DNA from: Amoebophrya sp. A120
Taxonomy: Eukaryota > Protista > Dinoflagellata
Assembly: GCA_905178155.1 (NCBI GenBank)
Contig: CAJINV010000004.1
Span: forward strand, 10,337,655 to 10,401,654
DNA: 64,000 nt
Direction of reading: 5' to 3'
Shown one piece after another: positions 49,401 to 61,400 of this stretch. The first letter of the stretch is position 1; each line of letters opens with the position of its first letter. The notes beneath the pieces were generated by a model, which did not search any database, was not told the DNA's origin, and saw only the letters and a program-made list of their open reading frames with translations. Made by a program: the position numbers and the translations under genes.

Positions 49401-52400
49401 GCTGCTGCCCTTGTCTTCTTGCAAGACAAATGTGATTTGTGGCCTCAAATCAGCAACACAAATTTGCGGAAGCATACCTTTTCAATATGGGGAGGGGGGA
49501 TTTTCCTTCCGATACTTCGGACTCGTTCTTCAGCATCTTCCACTGCGGCGCGCACCTCGCGCGCTCGATCCGCTTGTACACGCCGAGGTCCCCGCGGGAA
49601 GTCTTTTCCGCGATGGTCATCAGCTCGTCGGGCGGTCTGTCCGGATCCGTTTCCTTCACGATCTGCTTGCAGCCTCCCACCGGGTACAGCCGGCACATCG
49701 CGGGCGAGACGAACTCCATCCGCCGGCACAGAGTTTGGATCTGACACAGCGTCGCACACTGGGTCGGGGTGGTGTATCGGCCGTCGTAGAACTGATACGC
49801 CTCCGACCGGTCGGCGCACCTGGTTTTCGCCTCCGAACTCAAGGGCACCATCAACACCTCCTTTGCGCCCGCCTTCGGGCACTGTGGGTTCGCGAGCGCG
49901 GGCGGGAAGGTCTGTTGGTGGATGCCGCCGGCCGGCGTCACTTCCACCTCGTCGTCTTCGTCGGGAGCCGGAGTTATTGTACTATTATCGACAGTACTAC
50001 TGTTCGACGACGCGTCGGGCGTCTGAAACTGCTGGGCTCTTCTCGCCGCGCCGAAAAGCAGCTCGTTTCCGGTATTTGCAATCGTTCTACTTGACAGACG
50101 CTTCGACGCCTCTCGCAAACTGTCCCGCATCAGGTTCTTCAAATGGGCCCTCTCACTGTCAACGGTCATTTGGAGCAGGGCCAGGCGCGTCTTTTTCTGA
50201 GGCTGTTGCCCTGCTCCTGGCCTCCTGTGAAACTCCACGACCTCCTCCCGCCGTTCGCCTATCTGCAACGTGATGATGTCGTCTTTGTCTAGCCGCTCGC
50301 TGTCCATTTCCGGTGCGGTGAGCTTCGTCCCGTCGATGGGCGAGAGTGCGCGTGGCGTCGGGAGCCAGAGGAAATCGGAACCCGGACGCAGAAACTTCCC
50401 CCCGTCCGCAAACCCGGCTTATCCTGAGTAAAAACGTACCCACACCATAGTCAAGATGGGGAATCGGCTAGACAAATCCACAAGTTTTGGCTGTTTCGCA
50501 TGACAAATTTGGACGCGTAGTGTAGTGCTGTTTGAGATAGTTCAGTAGCATTACAGATCTAGTCTCTCATGCTGCTTGTAGCATGACAAATTTCAAAACA
50601 CCATTAGAAAATGCTTCTCATGGGGCTCCGCATGAGAAACATTTTAAGCATGCAGATTTGCATGACAACTATGGTGTGGGTACGTTTTTACTCAGGATAC
50701 GGCTTGCCGGCACATCATGTCTGCGGCGTTGTCGTCCGCTTCGTTCCCACAGACACTGCCCCAAAACGCGCGGCTCAGATCGCCCGAGCGCCGCTGGAAC
50801 CGGGCGATTTGCGCCTCCCCGATACTGCTGTCTTGGAACGCCCCCGCGCCCGCGTTGTTTTGGCCGTGCGCGTTGGCCGACGCGTCCGGGAGGAAGTTGG
50901 TCGTGCTCGCGAGCCGCACCGACATCGAGTGCTCCGTGCGGCACTCCATGCGAAGGGTTTCGACCTCTTCGCGGAGCTCCTTCCGTTTGTTCACGGGGAA
51001 AAGCTGGAACCCGTTGATGCACCTAACGCAGTGCACCGCGCCGTGTTCTGGGCACTTCTCCCCCGTCGCGGCGAAGCCTGTCATGGTGGTACTCCCGGTG
51101 CTGGGGTCACTGTAGCTCGGGCAGGCGCACTGCTTCGGCGTGCAGGTTTTGGACACCAGGTTGTAGAAAAAGCCTGTTTCGCACGTCGTCGAGTTCGTTG
51201 TCACGTTGCTCGTCATCACCGGCGCCGCGCACCGCTCTTCAAACTCGGGCAAGTTAGAGCAGAGCGTGCCGACGGCGGGCTTGCCGAATTCGCACGTGCA
51301 CAAGCCCTCGACCTTGCAGGTTTTGGCGTTTGGCCCCAAGCCCTTCTCCCACGCAGAGGGGCCGGCAAAGGGACCGATGGAGGCAAAAAGCCGACACTGC
51401 TTCGCGGTCGCCTCGTAATCAAAAGCGACGCAAGAATCCGCGGCCGCGTCACAGGCAGCGGCGCAGGCAACGCCGTTTTGCTGTAATGTTGAATGATTGG
51501 AGTATAAATTGCATGATGTCGGTAATACTTCACAAACACAAACACGTGTGAAGCTTGATGACGTATCGAAAAACAAAAATTGTACAGAAAGGAAAACTAC
51601 AACAGAAGGAAAACTAAAATCCCCTACTACTTACCTCTGTCGACGTGGCCCCCGGTGCTGTAAACGCGGGTCCGCAGTCCTCCGTTGCGCACCGGTCGGC
51701 CACCATCGTTCCGACTTCGCACTCGTACGCTCGCGCGCTGCTGTCGTCCTTCTGCAAACCACCCGGATCGCCCAAAATCTGCACGTCCGAGAGCATGGCG
51801 TCCCCCTTTCCGTTGTTCACGACCGAGACTTTCAAGCCCCGCAGGTTGTTGCAGCTGATCACATCGACCACCTCCGGACTGGTCGCGCTAGCTGGTGAGA
51901 TCGCGTTTGAGATTTCTTCACTTGCTCGCGTCTTGCACTCTTGCTCGTCGACTTCGACGGAAAAATCGCCCGTGTCAGACAGTTCCGCTGCCGTGAACCG
52001 CACCTGCACACTCGCTACCCGCACCGGCTTCGGAAACGTCATACCCCACTTGCCGCCGACGGGTAACTGCACCTGCGTCGCCCGGTCGTCGTCCACCGCG
52101 GACGGCTTGCCCGCGGGGATGTCGGCGCCCGAGACCGATTCGACGCCGGGGGTCAAGCGGTAGCCGTCGATTAAGGGTGCGCGCTTCACCGCACGGTACA
52201 ATCCGTAGGACATCGGCTGGTCGTCGGTTAAAACAGCATCCGGCTCATACGCCGGCTCCACGGTTCTCGACACCAACTCACACGTCCCTTGCTCGAACGG
52301 CTTTTTGCTCCTCGGGTCGCGGGAAATCAAAAAGTAATCGCACCACCGATTGTTCAAGGCGCAGTGGGCCGCACAGGCCTTCGACGCCTCGTACCCGCTC

Positions 52401-55400
52401 GTGTCGCTGATCGCCGCGCGGACCAGATTTTGAAACCGGCTCTCGTCCCCGAGGCGAAACACGTACTTTCCCGCGGTCAGTGCCAAGTCACCACTAGCGG
52501 ACTTCTCCTTCATCACTAAAGGCAGCCCGCAGTGCACCTTCCTCCCCGCCCAGGGGCCATCCGCGCGGCGGCAAGTGCCGGCGACGCCGCCGTGGCAGAA
52601 GAGGTCCGTGCAGTCTGCGTCGGACACGGCGGCCGCGTACTCAATGCTCCCATCTGGGCACAGACACATGCCGCCGTTGCGATTCGGCGTCGCGGCCTGC
52701 TCCGCGACGTTTCCGCCGTTCAATATCGCGATCCTGTCGTCCAGCTTGAGCAGCCCGGTGTATCAAATGCAAAAATGTCTGGGTCTGGAAGAATGCAACT
52801 TGTCATGCTGAATCTGAAGCTTGCAAAAATTTGTATTGCATGATTTCCAAAAGATGTCCACTTTTGACCAGTTTGACAGGGAGTTTCTCATGCAGGATAG
52901 GCATGATGGACACCTCACAGCGATTATCATGCTAGGTGCTGCATTCCAGGCCCCGTGGGTCATGGAAAAACTGCATCACAAATCTTGCATTCTTCCAGAC
53001 CAAGTCCAAGACATTGTTGCATTTGATACGGTGTCGGCATTCACCACGTTCTCCTCCAATTTGACTTCGTAAACGGACACCCGCCGCCCCGGCACCCCCG
53101 CCGGCGTGCCGCAGGGGAATCTGGGGTCCTCGCCCTTCGCCGTGCAGGGGCCGCACTGGGAATCCGGCTTTCGCAAGCTGTCCATCGAGTCCGGCAGGTA
53201 AAACAAGCTGCAGAAACAGTCACTCGCCCCAACGGCGAAGTAATGGGTCGGCGCCGGTCCGACATCCGCACCGGTCGCGTTCGCGGTCAGATTCTTTGCT
53301 TCCCGATCGGCGTTTTCCGCGGTGATCAACGTCTGCTTCGCGGCAATCAAACACCACTCCCGGCACTCCGCGACACTCGCACTCTCCCCCACCGGGTAGC
53401 TGGTCGCGCGCGTCCAGGGGGTCGTTTCCGGGTTGGCGAGCAAGTCCGAGTCGAAGCAGCCCATGTGCTTCTGCGCGGGTTCGATACCCAAAGTCCCTCC
53501 TGCTTTCGTGGTGACGATATCCGCCTTCATGCAGAGCACAAAGTCGTCGAATCTCGTTGAGGTCGCGTAGGAACTGGCTTGCAAAATGCAGTGTCTTTTG
53601 TTCACGCTGTACTCGAAGGACTCGCAATCTTTGTCCCGCTTTTCACATTCCGCGGTGCACTCCTCGATGCCGACGTTCTGGATCGTGTTTGCGTCGTTCG
53701 TGACCAAGTCGATGTGCTGGAAGAACCCGAGCTTCCGTCTGTACCCGGTGGGGCAAATCAAGTCCGCCGTCCGGGAAAATCTCGGGACGAGGGCGGGGAA
53801 TTCGGGTGTGCTCCCCGCAAGTTTCGCGGCCCCCTCCCGCCAAAGTGGCATGGGCGCGCTCAGCAACGCTTTCTCGAAAAGATCCTTGATCGGCACGGAC
53901 TCCGGGGTCAAGCTCTGCGGCGTCGAAATCCGCAAAAACGCTGCGATCCCGCCCGGATCAGATAAAGTCGCGGGCACTGCGCGCACGGTCGCTGCGGAGT
54001 AGAAATCGCAATTCCCGCCGATCTTGTTGTACACAAAACCACCGCACGTCGGTATTAAAAGGAAAAGTCCCCCCTCCCCATATCAAAACGAAACTTCTGA
54101 CGCTGGATTTGAGTGCACAAATCAGCTTTGTACTGCAGGAAAGCATTGCAGTCAGGCCCCCAGGCTAGGTAGGGGCGCACGCGTCTAGTTGTTCAGCATG
54201 GCAAGCGGCTCCCCTTTAGGCCCAACAGCATGACAAATCGCCTCCATAATGGGGCGGAAGCTTCTGCCCTTGCCTTCTTGCAAGACAAATGTGATTTGTG
54301 ACCTCAAATCAGCAACACAAATTTTCGGAAACATGCCTTTTCAATATGGGGAGGGGGGATTTTTCCTCTCGATAGTCGGCACCGCGTCGTCGCACAGACT
54401 GCGACACATCGTGGAGGAGAGTCGCACCGTTATCATTTGTAAAAACGTCCCCACCCCATAGTTGTCACGCAATTCTGCATGCCAAAAAAGTTTCTCATGC
54501 GGAGCCCGATGAGAAGCATTTGCTGTTCGTGTTTTGGAATTTGTGATGCTGGAATCAGCATGCTATGCTAGATCTGTGATGCTTCTGAACCTAGCAAAAA
54601 AGGATTACACTACGAGGACAAACTTGTCATGCCAAACAACCAAAGCTGGTTGATTTGCCTAGCAGATTTCCCCTCTTGACTCTGGTGTGGGGACGTTTTT
54701 ACTCAGGATAACCGTTTCCGTCGTGTCGTCCGTTGCCGTGCTGTTCACCATGTTCCCGCTCTCCCCGATCCGGACCAGTTGCCGCTCCGTGACGATCGCG
54801 AAATCGGGGAGGATTTTGCCCTCCAGCACCATGCCACTCGCAACCCGAACGTACCCGTCTGTGTAGAGTGCGGTGGGGAGCAACGACCGGTAATGCGCAT
54901 ACGTGCCCGGGGTCGTTTTCGACGGAGCTAACGTCGCGGTCAAAATGCACCCCTCGGTCAACGACGAAGGGTCGACGAGCACCCCCGCGCACCAGTTCGT
55001 CGCCAAGCACTGCTCGGAGCAAGTGTCCGCTGTGAAGTTCCCGGGAACCGTTTGCTTCACAGACGGTTGGTCGGCGGTGCCGGTCAAGTCCGCCCCGTCC
55101 GTCCACAGTTCTTCGGTCAAAACCCGGTTAAAGCTCGTGCTGTACACGGCAATCCGATCGGTCGCGCCGCAGTACTCGGCGTCCAGGTTGCACCCTTCGA
55201 TATCGTACAGCCCTTTGCTGCACTCGACATCGTCCACTTTGGTGAGTTCCGCGGTGGCATTTTTGTCGCCGCACCTGCAGGAAACCGCGTCGCCACCGTA
55301 GAGCCCGAAGAAGGGAAAGGAGCCGCACATGCCGGAGCAGGTTTCCTGGGTCAGTTTGGAAACCAGCACCATCGCCGGGAAATTCGCGGCTTGCACCGTT

Positions 55401-58400
55401 TTATGGACTGCAAAAGTATCGTGCTCGTATAAATGCATTACAAATTTCCTCAGCATGAGAAATAAAATTTGTAATGCTGATTTACCTTAACAAAGGGATT
55501 TGTAATGCATGATATCCATGCGAGTACGATACTTTTGCACAGGATACGTTTGAAAGGAGGACTTCGCGGGTTTGCTGTAGTCCGGATTTTTCTCCGACTG
55601 GGTGGTCGTCGGGCCTATGCATTGCAAAAGTATCGTACTAGTGGAAATAGCATTACAAATTTTTCCAGAAGCAAAAATGGAATTTCTAATGCTGAATTCG
55701 CTAGGAACCCAGTAGATCTGTCATGCATGACTGCAATCCATACGAGTACGATACTTTTGCACAGGATAGGGCCCATCGCGTAGCAACCCAGCAGTTCTGC
55801 TTGCTTTTTCACCGCGGTGACGACAGGGGCTTGGTCTGACTGTGATTTGCTGGCTTGTTCCTCGTCTGCGAATTCACTCTCCAGCAATGCCGAATCCGTT
55901 GTTGTATCCGGTCGGGTACCACTAGCACTGCCACTTTCACCTTCCTCCTCCGATCCAAACCAAGACTTTCGCGAACTTTCAAACAGCGTCACAGCAGGCG
56001 GGGCATAATTGGCAGTAGCACCACCACCAGCAGGCTCTTCTTGTCCTTCCAGTGGCGTGGAGTCGGACAAGGCGAAGACAAAAACTCGGACCGGCTCAAA
56101 GACCGCGCCAGAGGAGGACTCTTTCCCCGACGCGACGGAAGACAACCCGACCCCGCTACTCGACTCGGGGAACGAACAGGCTTTCGGATATGGCGTTCTC
56201 AAATGTTACATTCTCAACTGTTACATGGATTTGTAATGCAAGAACAGCAACAGTGAAAGTGGCAACGTTGCAACTTTCGCATCACAGATTTTCCACAGAG
56301 TATCATGGTGTTTAGCCCTTCGAAAATTTGTCATGCTAAGCACCTTGATCAAGTGCAGGGCAATTATGTCAATTTTGCATGACAAATCCATGTAACAGTT
56401 GAGAATGTAACGTTTGAGAATCCCATATCGGATCGATACCACTTTGAAACCGTCCCAGCCTCACCTGCTGGTACTGCTTGGTGTCCGTCACAAATTCGCC
56501 GTTGAAAAAGTGCACGCCTTTGTCCTCATCCGTGGTGCACAGAACTTCCCCCTTCTCCGCATTTTTGCTCGCGGTCGGGAAACTTTTCCCGCCGCTGTGC
56601 AGCCAGTTCACCGCAGTCGGCACGACGGACTTCTTCACATTTTCGATGCAAGCCGCACTGTCCACGAAGTAGTCGCCGACGTCGCAAGGATCGGCCGTTT
56701 GCCTGTCCGTTTGCTTAGACGTGGCACTTCTACTACTTTTCTGGGCAAAAATCGCCTGTTGCTGTGCGGCTTTCTGTTTCGCGGCTAGCGTTTGGTCGTT
56801 GTTTTTCAAGCTGATCTCCCGGCCACTAGACGTGTCGGTCAGCAAATCCCGCAGGGACTTCCCTTGATCCTCGCTACGGAGGAACAACAGCGGGCCAAGC
56901 TTCCCGTTCTGCTCGACCTGCAGTGCCTTGATCGCAAAGTTGTATCCTGGATGGATTTTCGATCTTTTTCCAATCGTTTTCGGGCCGTACTCGTCCCACG
57001 CAGCACCGGCGTAGCGGAAGTCCTTTTCGTCATCCAAGATCTCCAGCGCCAGGTGCGGCCCTTGCGGCTGCACGAAGACCTGCACGGGGTGAAACCGGCT
57101 ATCGAACTGCTTCTTGTCCGCCTGGAAATCCGCCACCCCGGATGCGATCGACTGCAAGCCCACGCCCTCGCCGGACCGCGGCATCAAAGAGAGTTTATCA
57201 TTAGATTGACCAGTAGAAGAGGATGTTGTAGGTAGGTTCTGCAAAGCTGTACCGGTAGCTTGCTGCGTCTGGGAGTAGACTGTGTTGCCAAGGACGGTGG
57301 TAGGGATTTGGAAGTGATTCATCTTCGAAGTAGTCCCCTTTATTTCCTCCTGTTCCAACAGCGATACCACCGTCTGTGTCTGTTTCGTCGGCAGAAGACC
57401 TGCTTGTTGCGCTAGATCCCCTAGTTCGCTTCTCCATAACCCGATCCGCATTTTATTTTCCGTTGTGTACCCGTTGAAAACCAATCTGTCCAGGGGCGGC
57501 GCGTGCCTAACATCCGGGGTTTGCGCGAAGGCGTAAGGTGCGCCGGTCATTTGGTCCACTTGGATAGTAGAGTACACGTTGAACACGTCTGCGGTCGGGA
57601 CCGAAAGTTTTCCGGCAGACACCTCCCCGGCCATGAACCCGTATCAACTGCAACAGTGTCTGGGTCTGGAAGATTGCGAGACTTCTCATGCTAGTCTAGT
57701 ATGACTCTGCACTCTGTATTGCGTGGCCACCAAGAGGTCCTCTTGCCTATCATGCAAAAGCGCAGTTTCTCATGCGAAATACGCAGCACAGAAACACGAA
57801 AAAACTTGTCGTGCTTGGCGGCGCATTACAGAGCACTTTATTGCTCACGGACTTGCATCACAAGTTTTCAGACCCAGACATATTTGCACTCCATAACCCG
57901 TTTGTTTTCACCACGTTCCCGTTCAAAGCCACGTTTCCTAGGGGTGCTTGCACTAACTCGGACAGCGATTTGGAGGCGACAGACCGCGCCCCGCCCGGGG
58001 AGGTCGGTTTTTGCTTCTGGTCCTTCTTCAAATCGAAACTGACGGTGTTTGCGTTCATTGAGAGAATCACCGTAGACGCGGGCTTGAAATAAGCGTCTGT
58101 GACGAATATGACTTGCAAAAATGTCTGGGTCTGGAAGATTGATAAAACTTGTCATGCTAAAACCAAATCATGCAAAAATCTGTGCTGCATGACTGCCAAA
58201 AGCTGTCCTCTTTCGATCAAGTTGGGTGAGAGTTTCTCATGCAGGAGAGGCATGACAGAGACCTCACAGACTCTGTCATGCTAGGTCCTGCATTCCAAAC
58301 CTCATGGGGCATGGAGAATATGCATGAGCAGTTTGCATTCTTCCAGACCCAGACAGATTTGCATTTGATAACGAAGTTGCCACTGCCAAAGTCCGTCGCC

Positions 58401-61400
58401 TTCTGCACCGACCAAGCGGTTCCGTCGTATTTGAACTCCGGGGCGTCCGTCTGGATTGCGAGCGCAAGCTCCGGCTCGGGTTCCGTCATGGCGCCACGGC
58501 AAAGCAAACGCGTCCGGCCGGAAAGAACGGAGGTCGGAGGGGAAAAACTTGTTTGTTCCGTCGTGGGGTTTGTTGTAATCGCTGCTGAAGTTCCTTGTTT
58601 ATTCAGGTCCTTGCCGCTAACTGTGTTTCCGTACGACTGGTTGATTGTGTTTTGCGTGGTCCCAAAGCCAATTCCAATTGACACGGTTTTCGTCGGCTTA
58701 TTCGCCGGTGTAGTTCCAGAAGCGCCACCAATAACTGGGCTCTTGTACCGCAGCACAGCCGCGTCCGCAGCGCCGGTCGCCGCCGGCGCAGTCGTGTCGA
58801 TGCTGCAGCCGACGGGGAAAGCGGCGTCGCCTTCGATCTTCGGCTCTTTCGGTCCTGCTCCAGTCGCTTGTTCTTTTGCCATTGTTTCAAAGACGTAGGC
58901 GTGCGCGTCGCGGCACATGCTTTTCGACGTGATTTCCATGCCGGTGGGGCAGGTCTGCGTCAAGATCGGCATTTGGCGGAACGGACCGGTGTCACGACGG
59001 ACGTTTTCGTTCTTGCTCATCGTGGTTGTGGTCCCGCTGACATGAACATCCAGTTCGCAAAGCCGCAACCGCGGGTGCGGATCAGAAGAGGTGGCAGTTG
59101 ATGTCGACAACGGCGAAGCCGATGGATTATCCCCGGACGGAACTGACAGTCTGAATTTCCGCCCCGTCATCCCCGCCACCCCGCACTGCTCTGTTGTCGG
59201 CGTGCCTTTAATATCTTTTTGCTGCTTGCTGTTTCCTCCTGCACTTTTGTCCGATGAACCCCCTGCGACCTTAATTCCAAGCTTCGCTGCCGTGTATGTC
59301 GCTGTGGAAGAGAAGGTCTGCCGCTCGTAGCAATCCACTTGCTCCGAGTTTGGCGGTGGGACAATGACTTTGTTCGCGCCGGTTTGTTGATCCTGCTGTT
59401 CCAATTGCTCTTCCTTCTCCAACGTGGAAACAACTTTCGTCCCCAGCTTTTCCGACCGTACTTGGAAAAAGCACTGTCCGACACTGCTGGGTTCGTTCGA
59501 TTTGGAAACAAAGGTGAACCCCAAACAGCCATTCCCGAAACGCCAACAGTCGTCCTGGCAATCTGCGACCGTCCAGGTCCGTGCGAGCGGGTTCGACGGC
59601 GGGATTCTGCCCAGCGTGTTCTCGCCCGTTTTTCCGAACAGGCACTGCATGTTGCGGGATTTCAGCTTGTACTCATCCAATTTGGTCGGACACGGAATGT
59701 CGTCCACGAAAAACAGCATCTTCTCCGGTGGTGTTTGGTCCCCGAAGTTCATCGACATTCCCTTGACTTGTACCGGCTTCGGAAGCGTCATCGTGTACGA
59801 GGGATTGGCTAGTCCCTCGAGACTGACGCAGGTGTTCACGTCGGCGTCTATGGCGGCTTCGGCAGATCCTTCCGTGGTGTACAGTGCGTTTTCCCGCTCG
59901 GAAAGCTGGAGAACCTGCTCGCGAAGTAGATTCGCGTTTGATGTTCTGGCGCTACTAGAAGAAGAGGAACTGCTGTCACGCTCATTATTTCGCTTATTGT
60001 GCCTGCTGTCTTCTAGCAATGTCAGATCATGATCTTCTGCATGATTTTTGTTTCCCGTGGGAGGTGGACCTATCCGCTTCGACAACGCCAATAAACTGAT
60101 TGGGTTGGTCGTCCTCAACTTTCGCATGAACGCCAAGTATTGGCCGTGGGACAGGTTGCGGACGTGAGGGTCTTCTTGCAGAAACGCGACTTGGTTGAGG
60201 GAACTTCTGTCGGAGCTGCTCGCTCGACCGTTGTCCCCATACCACGAGCCGAGCGCCGCAGACCGCGGAATGGTTCCGATTGAGGACTTCACACCCTCAA
60301 TCTTTGCCACGTTTAATGCGTAGGTAGTTTCTTGCTGCCGGGTAGATCTGCTTTCAATGTTCTGGAGCGTGGACTTGGTGAGGGTACCAACTGCGCTGCT
60401 TTTTTCTCCTCTAGTTGTGCCATGGATTGCGTTCGTGCCACTGTGCGAATTCCTTCGGCAGATTTTCCGGAACAGCCCAGCAGAGGAATTTCCAGTCCTT
60501 GATGTTTTCCTACCCTGATCCGTAGTCTCCTCTCCCAGCCGTAGAAACGGGGACGAGACGCCGAGATTCCTCGCAAGTTCAGTCTTCTCAGAAAACGCGC
60601 AGCCGAGAGGAACGGCTTCCATTTCCCTCACTTTCGCCCAGCACTGCGTTGTCGAGGGGGCGGGGTGCGAACCGGTTCTTTTCGCATTGTGGTTTACTTC
60701 CAACCGGTCCAGGGTCGTCACTTCCCCGCGGAGCAGCTCACACACAGGTTTTTTTCCACTTTCATGCCACACGATAGCGCTGCATTCCGCGATGTTTTTG
60801 CACGCCTCCGCACAGGCTGCTGGCGTGCTCATGCCGGACCTGACAAGCTCGGTGTACGCAGTGGTTTGGAGCTCCTGGTTTGTTGTACTTGAGAAGCTGC
60901 CATCTTGGTACTCAAGGAGTTGCACTTCCTCGTCAGAACTTCTGGATTTTCCCTGGGACGCAGCGTGCAGGAACTTCCCTTTTGACGTCGTGCATTTCGT
61001 GTTGTCAAAGACCTCGAAACCTGTGTCGCTACCGTCGTAGAGATGGACGGAGGTTCTTGTGTAGTGTGATTTATTTCTCAGAGAAGTCCTTTTTCTTTTC
61101 GCCAAAAGCTGGAGGTAGGACAAAACGGCTCCTCTACTTTGCCGGCGCACAACTTCTTCTCCACTTGATGTAGTTCCCGCTTTCGGCGCTTGTTTCATCG
61201 TGGACTCGGAAACCAAAAAATCGAACGCCGCAGCGCACTCATCGGGGTCCATGATTTCCGCGCCGGCTGGACAGAAGTCGCTGCTGGCTGTGTACTCGTC
61301 CTGATGCCGCCCTTCTACTTCTCCTGCAGACACAGAGGCCGTGGTTCTTTTGGACAAAGCCGCGGCTTCCTCTTGCTCCAACGCAAGGGCCTGTGGGCGG

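Noticed and set aside
11404-58467. Recurrent short peptides such as KCLGLEEC, FQTQTFLH and KMSGSGR in many ORFs
   Set aside because: Translations of the family A TIR, not a protein repeat family.
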